Made by a program: the position numbers and the translations under genes
The notes under the pieces: generated by a model
Database searches by the model: none
Told to the model about the DNA's origin: nothing
Seen by the model: the letters and a program-made list of their open reading frames with translations, nothing else
Source of the DNA: Candidatus Omnitrophota bacterium
GTDB lineage: Bacteria; Omnitrophota; Gorgyraeia; 2-01-FULL-45-10
Direction of reading: 5' to 3'
Assembly (NCBI GenBank): GCA_020057115.1
Contig: JAGVGJ010000039.1
Location: 52,806 to 116,805 of the forward strand
DNA: 64,000 nt
Shown: positions 9,341-18,572 of the stretch, piece after piece
Numbering within the stretch: the stretch's first letter is position 1
How the letters are laid out: every line of letters begins with the position of its first letter

Positions 9341-9825
9341 CGCTGGACGATATACTCGCAAGCCTTGATAAAAGGTTTAAAGATAGCATCCAGAAGATAG
9401 AGAAGACATCGCCGAAGAAGGCATTCGTGGATATGGACGCGGCGAAGATAACGCAATTCGTTATCCATATCTTCAAGGACCTGGGATTGAGGCCGAATAC
9501 CATAAGCGCTGTCGATACTTTTGGCGGCTTTGAGCTGCTTTACCATTTTTCATATGACCGTTCTGGCGTTACGCTGTCATTAAGAGCTTTATTAAAAGAC
9601 AGGACGGAGCCGACGATAGATACGATCACCGGCATTACCAGATCAGCCTGGTGGATAGAAAGAGAGATACATGAGCTCTTCGGTATAAATTTCAGGGATA
9701 ACAAGGACTTGAGGACTCTGCTATTGCCTGACGACTGGCCGAAGGGCGTATATCCTTTAAGAAAAGATTTTATACCTCCGAAGAGAGATTCGCGGGGCCA
9801 TACCCATAAACCGGGAGCAGCATGA
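9337..9825 (+). CDS. NuoC/MbhK-like subunit
   Basis: LLYHF, EREIHELFGINF, LLPDDWP..YPLRKD. Confidence 0.9.
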   Translation: MTLDDILASLDKRFKDSIQKIEKTSPKKAFVDMDAAKITQFVIHIFKDLGLRPNTISAVDTFGGFELLYHFSYDRSGVTLSLRALLKDRTEPTIDTITGITRSAWWIEREIHELFGINFRDNKDLRTLLLPDDWPKGVYPLRKDFIPPKRDSRGHTHKPGAA

Positions 9826-11009
9826 GCCATAAAGCTACTATACCAATAGGTCCATATCATCCTCTGCAGGAAGAGCCTGAGTTTTATAAGCTGGTGGTAG
9901 AAGGCGAGCGGGTGGTGGATGTTGACGTCAGAATAGGATATAACCACCGCGGCATCGAGAAGATATCCGAGGGAAAGAGCTTCGACCAGGCGATATTTGC
10001 CGTAGAGCGCATATGCGGCATATGTTCTGGCAGCCACCCGATAGCGTGCGTGCAGGCCATAGAAGAGATCGCAAAGGTCGAGATCCCCGAGAGGGCTTTA
10101 TTTATCCGCTCCATCATACAGGAACTCGAGAGGCTCCATTCACACATGTTATGGCTGGGCCTTGCCGGGCACTTCCTGGGATATAACACCATATTTATGT
10201 GGGGATGGAAATACAGGGAGCCGATATGCGATATCATGGAGACTGTCACAGGCAACAGGCAGAACTATGGCATCATGAAGGTGGGCGGCGTAAGGCGCGA
10301 CATAGAGAAGGAACATGTCCCGTATATATTATCAAGGCTCGACGAATTCACTAAACAGCTCGATATGCTGAAAGGCGCCATACTCGACGATCCGGTGCTT
10401 CACGCGCGGCTTAAAGGCGTCGGGATCCTGACAAAAGAGAAGGCCATCGATTATGCAGCCCTTGGCCCGACCGCCAGGGCCTCCGGCGTAGATATAGACG
10501 CAAGGCGCGACTATCCTTATGCGGCATACCCAAGGGTCAAGTGGAATGTCATTACCCAGAAAGAGGGCGACGTATTCGCAAAGACGGTGGTGAGGATACT
10601 TGAGATGTATGAATCGGTCAATATCATAAGGCAGTGCCTGGATAAAATGCCGCAAGGGCCGATCGACGCGAAGGTAAAGGATGTTCCGCCGGGTGAAGGA
10701 ATAGGCCAGATAGAGGCTCCGCGCGGCGAATGTTTCCATTATATAAAATCGGACGGCACGAATTCTCCCATGAGGCACAAAATAAGGGCCCCGACCTTCA
10801 TGAATTTTGCCACGTTCCGCGAAACTGTCATAGGCGAGACGGTCTCCGACGCTACGATAATACTGGCCGCGATCGATCCGTGCTATTGCTGCACCGAGAG
10901 GATGGTAGTAGTCAACTCCAAAGATAGAGAGCTGTATAAAGGACCGGACCTGATAAAGCTGTCGCAGGAAAAGACAAGGCTCATAAAAGAGAAGATGCAG
11001 AGGCTATAA
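9822..11009 (+). CDS. Group 4 [NiFe]-hydrogenase large subunit 1
   Basis: L1 ERICGIC and L2 DPCYCCTER followed by a cleavable C-terminal tail; IGPYHP, GYNHRG. Confidence 0.95.
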   Translation: MSHKATIPIGPYHPLQEEPEFYKLVVEGERVVDVDVRIGYNHRGIEKISEGKSFDQAIFAVERICGICSGSHPIACVQAIEEIAKVEIPERALFIRSIIQELERLHSHMLWLGLAGHFLGYNTIFMWGWKYREPICDIMETVTGNRQNYGIMKVGGVRRDIEKEHVPYILSRLDEFTKQLDMLKGAILDDPVLHARLKGVGILTKEKAIDYAALGPTARASGVDIDARRDYPYAAYPRVKWNVITQKEGDVFAKTVVRILEMYESVNIIRQCLDKMPQGPIDAKVKDVPPGEGIGQIEAPRGECFHYIKSDGTNSPMRHKIRAPTFMNFATFRETVIGETVSDATIILAAIDPCYCCTERMVVVNSKDRELYKGPDLIKLSQEKTRLIKEKMQRL

Positions 11010-11011
11010 GG

Positions 11012-12823
11012 ATGTACGCGAATATATTAGCGAATATGGTTCTTTTGCCGATATCGGCCGGGCTTGCCATGTTCATCATCCCGGAGCGGTACGGCAGGCT
11101 GGCTAAATTTTTAAGCTTTATCATAGCGCTCGGCCTTTTCGCCGCATCGATATATGTCTTTAATGTTAAGCCGGCATTCTGGCCGGGAGTGGATAAGCCG
11201 ATATTTATGGCAGATACTCTCTCGTCATTTATAGGGCTCGGGATAGCCTTCTTCGCGCTTGTCACTTTGACATATTCATTCGCTTTCATAGATAAAGATA
11301 TCGTGAAGTATAACAGTTATGTCCTCATCACCCTCGGCAGTTCTTTAGGAGCTTGCTACAGCGCGAACTTCCTGGGGCTTCTGATATTCTGGGGGGTCCT
11401 CGCGCTTGCCCTGTATCTACTGGTAAATATGTCCGGGACATCCGGAGCGGCAAAGGCGTCCGAGAAGGCGCTTGTGATAATAGGCGGCACCGACGCCCTC
11501 ATGTTGTTCGGCGTAGGCATACTCTGGGCCGCGACAGGCTCGTTCTCAATGGATAAGACGCACCTGCCGCTGGACAGCGCGCTATCCATAATAGCGTATC
11601 TTTCCATAGCGAGCGCTTCCCTGGCAAAGGCCGGTGCGATGCCGTTCCACTCGTGGCTGCCCGACGTGGCTGAAGAGGCCAAAGTGCCGGTCACAGCGTA
11701 TCTTCCGGCATCGCTCGACAAACTTCTGGGGATATATCTCCTCGCCAGGATATCGCTCGATATCTTCGCGATGAACAGCATATCTAACACCATACTCCTT
11801 GTCATCGGATCGGTAACCCTCATATTCGCCGTGACGCTCGCGCTCGTCCAGCATGACATGAAGAGGCTCCTCGGATATCATGCCGTATCTCAGGTTGGTT
11901 ATATGATCATCGGCATCGGCACGGCAAGCCCCATAGGGATAGCCGGAGCGCTGTTCCACATGCTCAATAACGCGATCTATAAATCATGCCTCTTCCTTAC
12001 GAGCGGCGCGGTAGAGCAGAAGACCGGCTCGACCGACATGTCGAAACTCGGCGGGCTTTCGAAATATATGCCCGTGACCTTCGCCGCGTGCCTTGTGTCA
12101 TCGCTTGCCATATCGGGCATTCCGCCGTTCAACGGGTTCGTCTCAAAATGGATGATATATCAGGGCATCATAGAATCGGCCAAGAGTTCCGGCCCGCTCT
12201 GGGTAATATGGCTGGTCGCGGCGATGTACGGGAGCGCGCTGACGATAGCAAGCTTCATGAAACTCCTGCATTCGGTATTTCTGGGTCGCCCTGCGAGGAA
12301 TTTCGGGGACGTGAAAGATGTCGGGCTTCTTATGGCAGTCCCCATGGCGATACTTGCGCTTCTTTCGATAATATTCGGGATATTTGCGTTCACCATACCG
12401 CTGAAGCTTTTCATAATACCGGCTGCCGGCAGCGCGGTATTTTATATAGGGACATGGAGCCCGGGCGCGGCTACCATGATGCTTGTAGCCGGCCTTATCA
12501 TAGGCCTCGGGATATACGCGTTCATGAAGTCCAAGTCATTCCGCACGACTACCACTTTCATAGGGGGCGAGGAGCCGTCGTCGATGGACAGGGTCTCCGG
12601 CACGGAATTCTATGACACGTTGAAGGATATGAAATGGCTCGGCAGGATATATAAGAAGGAAGATTCCGGCTCTTTTGATATATATGTCCAGACGAAGAAC
12701 CTTATATCGGTATTCACCGGTGTCCTCCAGCGCCTTCACAACGGAGTGCTGCCGACTTATATAGTATGGTGCCTTCTCGGGATGATCGGTTTGTTCATCG
12801 TCCTGTTCATGGGTAAGATATGA
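11012..12823 (+). CDS. Antiporter-like membrane subunit (MrpA/D, NuoL/HyfB family)
   Basis: KAGAMPFHSWLP, KRLLGYHAVSQVGY, SGIPPFNGFVSK; many TM helices. Confidence 0.9.
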   Translation: MYANILANMVLLPISAGLAMFIIPERYGRLAKFLSFIIALGLFAASIYVFNVKPAFWPGVDKPIFMADTLSSFIGLGIAFFALVTLTYSFAFIDKDIVKYNSYVLITLGSSLGACYSANFLGLLIFWGVLALALYLLVNMSGTSGAAKASEKALVIIGGTDALMLFGVGILWAATGSFSMDKTHLPLDSALSIIAYLSIASASLAKAGAMPFHSWLPDVAEEAKVPVTAYLPASLDKLLGIYLLARISLDIFAMNSISNTILLVIGSVTLIFAVTLALVQHDMKRLLGYHAVSQVGYMIIGIGTASPIGIAGALFHMLNNAIYKSCLFLTSGAVEQKTGSTDMSKLGGLSKYMPVTFAACLVSSLAISGIPPFNGFVSKWMIYQGIIESAKSSGPLWVIWLVAAMYGSALTIASFMKLLHSVFLGRPARNFGDVKDVGLLMAVPMAILALLSIIFGIFAFTIPLKLFIIPAAGSAVFYIGTWSPGAATMMLVAGLIIGLGIYAFMKSKSFRTTTTFIGGEEPSSMDRVSGTEFYDTLKDMKWLGRIYKKEDSGSFDIYVQTKNLISVFTGVLQRLHNGVLPTYIVWCLLGMIGLFIVLFMGKI

Positions 12824-13341
12824 TAGAGATACATCTTCTTCTGCTTTTTATGATCGCCGCGGCCGTGATAGCCGTAGAGGCGAAAGACCTTTTGTCGAGC
12901 GTCATAGCGGTCGGCGCTGTCGGGATAGGCCTCTCGCTGTCATTTCTGGTACTGAAAGCGCCTGACCTCGCAATAATGCAGCTTGTGGTCGAGATATTGA
13001 GCCTCATCATACTCATCAGGGGCACGATACGGAGGGACCTTCCGTTCTCTGCTTCAGGAAGATGGTATTTTAATACGATAACCACGGTATGTTTTGTGAT
13101 AGTCTTCATAGGCCTTGCGCTCCTGACATTTAGGAGCCTGCCGGATCTGGGCAATGCCACGATGAGGGTATCGAAAGCCTATATCGCGGAAGGGATGCTT
13201 AGGACAGGCGCCAAGAACATAGTCGCAGCCATAACCCTTAATTACAGGGCATACGACACCCTGGGCGAGGCGACTATGATATTCGCCGCCGTAATAGGCG
13301 TCCTTGTGATAGCAAGGAAGACAGGCAAAAAGGAAAAATAA
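12820..13341 (+). CDS. MbhD/MbhE-like membrane subunit (DUF4040 plus MrpB-N-like)
   Basis: LKAPDLAIMQ and NIVAAITLNYRAYDTLGE. Confidence 0.82.
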   Translation: MIEIHLLLLFMIAAAVIAVEAKDLLSSVIAVGAVGIGLSLSFLVLKAPDLAIMQLVVEILSLIILIRGTIRRDLPFSASGRWYFNTITTVCFVIVFIGLALLTFRSLPDLGNATMRVSKAYIAEGMLRTGAKNIVAAITLNYRAYDTLGEATMIFAAVIGVLVIARKTGKKEK

Positions 13342-13342
13342 T

Positions 13343-13804
13343 ATGGCCGATATAGCCAGAGAGCATGGGATGACGGTGATAGTGAAGACGGTGACGCGTC
13401 TTACGCTGGCATTCATCCTTCTCTACGGCATATACATAGCCCTGAACGGCCACATATCTCCGGGGGGCGGGTTCGTGGGCGGTGTCATAGTCGCGCTTTC
13501 ATTCGTCCATGTGATGCTCGCCTTCGGCAAAGAGGCCGCGCTGAAGAGGCTCCATTCCAAGGGCTTGAGGCTCGCCGTGAATATCGGCGCGCTCATGTTC
13601 CTCTACATAGTCATGATGCGTTTCGCCTGGAAATTCCCGGCCGGAAGGTTCATCATAGAGAAGATGAGGCCTCACGAGATATTCGCGAATGAGATAATAT
13701 TACCTCTTTGCGAATTAGCGATAGTCGGGGCGGGATTATTCACCGTATTTATCGCGCTGGTGCTGCTCTGTAAGTATGAAGAAAAAATAGAGAAGGAGAA
13801 GTAG
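13343..13804 (+). CDS. mnhB: Mrp antiporter subunit B-like
   Basis: GHISPGGGFVGG motif. Confidence 0.85.
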   Translation: MADIAREHGMTVIVKTVTRLTLAFILLYGIYIALNGHISPGGGFVGGVIVALSFVHVMLAFGKEAALKRLHSKGLRLAVNIGALMFLYIVMMRFAWKFPAGRFIIEKMRPHEIFANEIILPLCELAIVGAGLFTVFIALVLLCKYEEKIEKEK

Positions 13805-13808
13805 GCCT

Positions 13809-14147
13809 GTGACAGCGTATATATTATGCCTTGTATTATTCTCGATAGGCCTTTACTGCGCCCTAAGGAAGAGGAACGTGGTCAAGATAATAATCGGGAT
13901 CGGCATCATGGAATATGCGGCGAATTTCCTATTCGTCTTGATAGGATACCGCTCCGGCGGCCGCTCGCCGATATATGCCAATGACCAGGTTATAAAGAGC
14001 ATGGTAGATCCGCTTCCGCAGGCCGTGGTGGCAGTAGCGATCGTGCTCAACCTGTCCGTGACGCTACTACTGGTCGCGATAGCGATAAAGCTTTATGAAA
14101 AGTACGGGACATTTGACATAACCAAGATAAATGACTTGAAGGGGTAA
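13809..14147 (+). CDS. mnhC: Mrp antiporter subunit C
   Basis: NVVKIIIG, VDPLPQA, LYEKYGTFD. Confidence 0.88.
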   Translation: MTAYILCLVLFSIGLYCALRKRNVVKIIIGIGIMEYAANFLFVLIGYRSGGRSPIYANDQVIKSMVDPLPQAVVAVAIVLNLSVTLLLVAIAIKLYEKYGTFDITKINDLKG

Positions 14148-14156
14148 TAAAACAAC

Positions 14157-15653
14157 ATGGCTTTCATCCCATTCTTCATAGCGATACCTTTAGGAGCGGC
14201 ATTCTTGATCTCGCTTGCGGGAAAGAGGTTCAGGGCGTCTTCCGGCCCAATCGCGTGCGCGGCATCGCTCTTCCTCCTTGCGGCATCCCTCGCAATTGTG
14301 AAGCCGGTCCTGGCCCACAAGACGCTTGTATACAGGGTGGGGAACTGGCTTCCGCCGTTCGGCATACCCATGATAGTAGACAGCCTGACGGCGCTCATGC
14401 TCGTACTTGCCGGTATCGTCGTATTTTTTGTCACCATTTATTCTATAGGATATATGAAGCCATATACGGACAAGTGGAAGTATTATACCCTCCTCATGCT
14501 TCTGGTGGGAGGGTCTAACGGCGTTCTTCTGGCCGGCGACATATTTAATATGTTCGTCTTTCTCGAGATAGCGTCCATATCCGTATACGCGCTTGTCGCC
14601 TATGGTACCGAAAAACATTCTCTGGAAGGGGCATTCAAATATGCAGTAATGAGCTCCATAGGCTCGGTCTTCATATTTCTGGGTATAGCCATCCTCTATA
14701 GCTACACATCCACGCTTAACATGGCAGACATGGCCGCTGTCCTTATGCAGAAGGGGCCGGGAATGATAGTGCCTTTTGTCACGACCCTCTTCCTGGTCGG
14801 CTTCGGCCTCAAGGCGGGCCTCATGCCTTTCCACGCGTGGCTTCCGGACGCGTATTCCGCGGCTCCGGCGACGGTTCCGGCATTATCATCCGGAGTCCTG
14901 ATCAAGGTATTGGGGTTATACGCGATATCAAGGATCGTCTTCAACGTGTTCGGCATAAATGCCGAGGTCTCCAATATCCTCGTGATATTAGGTTCTCTGT
15001 CCATGGTAGGCGGAAGCATCCTCGCTTTCGGGCAGACGAAGATGAAGCGGCTCCTTGGGTATTCGAGCATCAGCCAGGTCGGATATATAGCTATCGGCCT
15101 GGGCGTCGGGACGCCGCTCGCGCTCTTCGGGAGCATATTCTATCTTTTGAACCACAGCCTTTCAAAGGCCCTCTTATTCTTAAGCGCCGGAGCGATCGAA
15201 CATTCGACGGGCACCGATGAGCTTGGATCTATAAGGGGAACCTGCAGGAGATCTCCGCTGGCCGGATGGGCCAGCCTTGTGGGCGCGCTATCCATAAGCG
15301 GCATACCGCCTCTCGGAGGATTCTGGGCGAAGCTCATTATAATATTCGCGTGCATACAGGCCGGAAGGCCGATGCTCGCATTCCTCATGGTGCTGGCAAG
15401 CATATTTACGCTCATCTATTATTTTAAAGCGTTTACCGGCGTCCTGTTCGGCTCTGAGTCAGAAAAGTCCAGGCCGTTCGAAAAGGCACTGTCGCCCCAT
15501 ATGGCCCTTGCGCTATTCTGCCTTACCGCTCTTGTGGTTGCCGCGGGGCTTGTGCTCCTTCCGGGGAAATGGCAGGCGCTTATTAACGGCGCGGTGGGCG
15601 TTCTTTCAGGCGGAAGGGATTACGCGATCATACTATTTGGAGCCATGAGATGA
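14157..15653 (+). CDS. mnhD: Mrp antiporter subunit D
   Basis: GDIFNMFVFLEI, LEGAFKY, KAGLMPFHAWLPDAY, KRLLGYSSISQ. Confidence 0.9.
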   Translation: MAFIPFFIAIPLGAAFLISLAGKRFRASSGPIACAASLFLLAASLAIVKPVLAHKTLVYRVGNWLPPFGIPMIVDSLTALMLVLAGIVVFFVTIYSIGYMKPYTDKWKYYTLLMLLVGGSNGVLLAGDIFNMFVFLEIASISVYALVAYGTEKHSLEGAFKYAVMSSIGSVFIFLGIAILYSYTSTLNMADMAAVLMQKGPGMIVPFVTTLFLVGFGLKAGLMPFHAWLPDAYSAAPATVPALSSGVLIKVLGLYAISRIVFNVFGINAEVSNILVILGSLSMVGGSILAFGQTKMKRLLGYSSISQVGYIAIGLGVGTPLALFGSIFYLLNHSLSKALLFLSAGAIEHSTGTDELGSIRGTCRRSPLAGWASLVGALSISGIPPLGGFWAKLIIIFACIQAGRPMLAFLMVLASIFTLIYYFKAFTGVLFGSESEKSRPFEKALSPHMALALFCLTALVVAAGLVLLPGKWQALINGAVGVLSGGRDYAIILFGAMR

Positions 15654-16150
15654 TGAAGAAGGCATTCCTGTTCATGCTTTGGTATCTGGTCTGGTGCCTT
15701 CTCGCATGGCCGCCAAGCATGCAGCACATGATAATAGGTATATTCGTAGCCTCGTTCGTGTCATTGATGACGAACGACATGTTCTCCGGAAAGCCGCTGG
15801 ATACCAGGTTGAATCCCGCCAGATATATGTGGTTCCTTTATTATGTAGCAGTGTTCGCATGGGAATGTTTCAAAGCGAATATAGACGTGGCGTACAGAGT
15901 GTTGCACCCGGACCTTCCGATAAAGCCCGGGACGATAAGGGTGAAGACAAGCCTTAAATCCGACGCCGGCCTCACTTTCCTGGCAAATTCGGTTACGCTT
16001 ACCCCGGGGACCACGAGCGTCGATATCGACAGGGATAAAGGTCTTATATATATTCACATGCTTTATATCAGCGACAGTTATGACAAGGATTCCATGAAGC
16101 TCAAAGTCGTAGACAAGTTCGAGAAGATATTGAGGAGGATATTCGAATGA
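15650..16150 (+). CDS. mnhE: Mrp antiporter subunit E
   Basis: KANIDVA, LANSVTLTPGT. Confidence 0.92.
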   Translation: MMKKAFLFMLWYLVWCLLAWPPSMQHMIIGIFVASFVSLMTNDMFSGKPLDTRLNPARYMWFLYYVAVFAWECFKANIDVAYRVLHPDLPIKPGTIRVKTSLKSDAGLTFLANSVTLTPGTTSVDIDRDKGLIYIHMLYISDSYDKDSMKLKVVDKFEKILRRIFE

Positions 16151-16512
16151 TCCCCGGAAGGGTCCGCTGGTTCATAGGCCTCGTGGCGTCATTTGCGGTC
16201 CTGGCGCTGATATTATTCCTGCCGCTTCCGTCGATGTTAAAGTGGCAGTCGGGCTTCCTGGGCCGCGCGTTCCTGTGGCTTCTGGTATGCGCCATACTTT
16301 GTCTGGCAAGGGTGGTGAGGGGGCCGACCGCGCCGGACAGGTCGGTCGCCATAGACATGCTCGGGATATTGATAGTCGGTTTCTGCGCCATCTTAAGCCT
16401 TTCTACGGGAAGAGATTGGTACATAGATATAGGGATAGCGTGGGCGCTGCAGAGCTTTATCGGCGTTATGGCTCTTGCCAAATACCTGGAAGGAAGGGAC
16501 TTCGATGAATGA
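16147..16512 (+). CDS. mnhF: Mrp antiporter subunit F
   Basis: RGPTAPDRSVAID, ALAKYLE. Confidence 0.9.
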   Translation: MIPGRVRWFIGLVASFAVLALILFLPLPSMLKWQSGFLGRAFLWLLVCAILCLARVVRGPTAPDRSVAIDMLGILIVGFCAILSLSTGRDWYIDIGIAWALQSFIGVMALAKYLEGRDFDE

Positions 16513-16840
16513 GAAGATAGGGATGGTGGTCATAGTGCTAGGGCTTGCATTCGACTTCTTCGGGTGCGTAGGCCTCATAAGGTTCCCGGATGTATATAAC
16601 AGGCTGCAAGCTTCGGCTAAGTGCGTGACCCTCGGGACATGCGGCATTCTCCTGGGGCTGTTCCTGTTCAAAGGTTTCAGCGGTGCCGGTATAAAGGCGT
16701 TATTGTGCATGGTATTCATATTGTTGACCGCTCCCGTCTCAGCCCACGCCCTCGCGCGGGCGGCATACCGCTCAGGGGTGAAGCCCTGGGGCGGTACGGT
16801 TGTGGATCATTACGGCGAAGACCTTGAAAATATAAAGTAG
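16505..16840 (+). CDS. mnhG: Mrp antiporter subunit G
   Basis: GLIRFPDVYNRLQASAK, TAPVSAHALARAAY; start moved to 16505. Confidence 0.92.
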   Translation: MNEKIGMVVIVLGLAFDFFGCVGLIRFPDVYNRLQASAKCVTLGTCGILLGLFLFKGFSGAGIKALLCMVFILLTAPVSAHALARAAYRSGVKPWGGTVVDHYGEDLENIK

Positions 16841-16848
16841 AGGAGCCT

Positions 16849-17457
16849 ATGAATATAAATGATATCAGGACGAAGACCATGATAATGGCCGATAAGGCCT
16901 ATGAGATGCTCGGCCTTGTCGAAAAAGGTTTTATGGAGAACAAGTCTGAGCCGCTGTCCCAGGCCATGAGGGTCGAAGACGATATAAATGACCTGGAAAA
17001 GTCCCTCACGAGGAACATCCTTGACATATCGATGGCGTCTACCAGCGAGAAGGACAGAAGAGAGCTTGCCACGCTCCAGCAGACGGTGGAGATGCTGGAA
17101 AGGATGGGCGATGAAGCGGCAAGCCTCATCGAGCGCATAGAGATAAAGGTGGCGGAGAAACTGCTCTTCAGCGACTCCGGGGTCGTCCAGTATAACGAGA
17201 CTTACCACGCGATGAAGCGTTCGGTAGAGATGATGCGCGAATTCCTCGCGAAGAATGATAAAGTCTTAAGGGAGAAGGTGATCGAGAACGGCTTCCACGT
17301 AAAGGAACTGGTGGAGCGATACCGCAAAGAACATACAGACAGGCTCCTGAAAGGGCTCTGTACGCCCATGGGCGCGAACATGTATTTCGACATGCTAGAT
17401 TTTACCGGCAACCTGGCGAGGCATTCCTCGACGATCACCAAATTTTTCGATTGCTAA
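16849..17457 (+). CDS. PhoU-like domain protein (resembles the C-terminus of Na+/Pi cotransporters)
   Basis: EDDINDLE, LERMGD, HTDRLLKGLC...YFDML; all-helical. Confidence 0.7.
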   Translation: MNINDIRTKTMIMADKAYEMLGLVEKGFMENKSEPLSQAMRVEDDINDLEKSLTRNILDISMASTSEKDRRELATLQQTVEMLERMGDEAASLIERIEIKVAEKLLFSDSGVVQYNETYHAMKRSVEMMREFLAKNDKVLREKVIENGFHVKELVERYRKEHTDRLLKGLCTPMGANMYFDMLDFTGNLARHSSTITKFFDC

Positions 17458-17458
17458 A

Positions 17459-18079
17459 ATGAGATATCCTAAATTAAGAGAACTGATCGAAGCCGTAAAG
17501 GCCGTCATGAAGGGGCCGTATACGACGAGCTATCCGCGCAAGCCGCACAAGCCGGCGAAGCGTTTTCGCGGGAAGCCCGAATATTCGAATATCGGCTGCA
17601 TTGCGTGCGGTGCCTGCGCGCTCGTCTGCCCTGCCAGGGCGATAGAGTCCCGCGACAACATAACGAAAGACAATGCTACCAGGAAGATGGTCCTCCACCT
17701 TGACGAGTGCCATTATTGCGGCCAGTGCAGCGCTCTGTGCACCACCAAAGACGATGATCCGCCGGGCGTGCAGCACACCACAGAGTTCGATCTTGCGGGA
17801 TTTGACAGGGAGGCCATGGTCTCTACCACAGACGAAAAAGAGCTGGCCCTTTGCGAGGTATGCGGGGATGTCATAACTGCCAAAGCGCATCTTGCCTGGA
17901 TAGTGAAGAGGCTGGGGCCGCTCGCATATTCCAATCCGACGCTCTTCTTGTCTTCCTTGAAAGAGATGGGCCTTGCCGATGACATATTCTCCGCCGCCAA
18001 AGATTATGTGCTCAGGTCCGACAGGATCAAGATCCTCTGTTCCGACTGCAGGAGGAAGGCTACGATCGAAAGGTACTAA
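17459..18079 (+). CDS. NuoI/HycF-like 2[4Fe-4S] subunit with extra CxxC pairs
   Basis: RFRGKP, CIACGACALVCP, CHYCGQCSALC, CEVC...CSDC. Confidence 0.88.
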   Translation: MRYPKLRELIEAVKAVMKGPYTTSYPRKPHKPAKRFRGKPEYSNIGCIACGACALVCPARAIESRDNITKDNATRKMVLHLDECHYCGQCSALCTTKDDDPPGVQHTTEFDLAGFDREAMVSTTDEKELALCEVCGDVITAKAHLAWIVKRLGPLAYSNPTLFLSSLKEMGLADDIFSAAKDYVLRSDRIKILCSDCRRKATIERY

Positions 18080-18080
18080 G

Positions 18081-18563
18081 ATGCCCCAAAATACGCCCCT
18101 TACAAGAGATATAAAAGACAAGATAAGAGGCAATGTCACCATCGTCGGCATAGGCAACATCATGCGGGGCGACGACGGCCTCGGGCCTAAATTGATAGAG
18201 CTGTTAAGGACCGAGAAGGTGAACGCGAAACTCTTCGATTGCGGCACGGCGCCTGAAAATTACGCCATCCCGATACTGGCCACTTCGGCGGATACCATAA
18301 TATTCATAGACGCGGCAGAGATGGGCCGCTCTCCCGGAGAGATAGCGGTGCTCGGGTTAGAGGACATATCCAATGTTAGTTTCTCGACCCACAGCCCTTC
18401 GCCGAGGCTTTTCGTTGACCTGCTGAAGACCGGCAAGGAAGATATCAACGTCTTCTTCATATCCATCCAGCCGAAATCGACATCGCTAGGCGCTCACTTA
18501 AGCGGCGAGGTGATGGCGAGCCTTGACATGGTAAAGAGCGCCCTCGTAGAGACCCTGGTCTAG
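18081..18563 (+). CDS. hycI: Hydrogenase maturation endopeptidase (HycI type)
   Basis: GIGNIMRGDDGLG, GTAPEN, STHS, IQP; start moved to 18081. Confidence 0.9.
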   Translation: MPQNTPLTRDIKDKIRGNVTIVGIGNIMRGDDGLGPKLIELLRTEKVNAKLFDCGTAPENYAIPILATSADTIIFIDAAEMGRSPGEIAVLGLEDISNVSFSTHSPSPRLFVDLLKTGKEDINVFFISIQPKSTSLGAHLSGEVMASLDMVKSALVETLV

Positions 18564-18572
18564 AAGAGCTAT

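Noticed and set aside
8906-11009. Respiratory complex I (nuoBCD) call for either operon
   Set aside because: Both large subunits keep the two NiFe CxxC motifs and cleavable tails, the small subunits have CxxC, and HycI and Hyp genes are present.
9822-11009. Selenocysteine (NiFeSe) recoding
   Set aside because: All ligand positions are Cys codons and there is no in-frame TGA in either large subunit.
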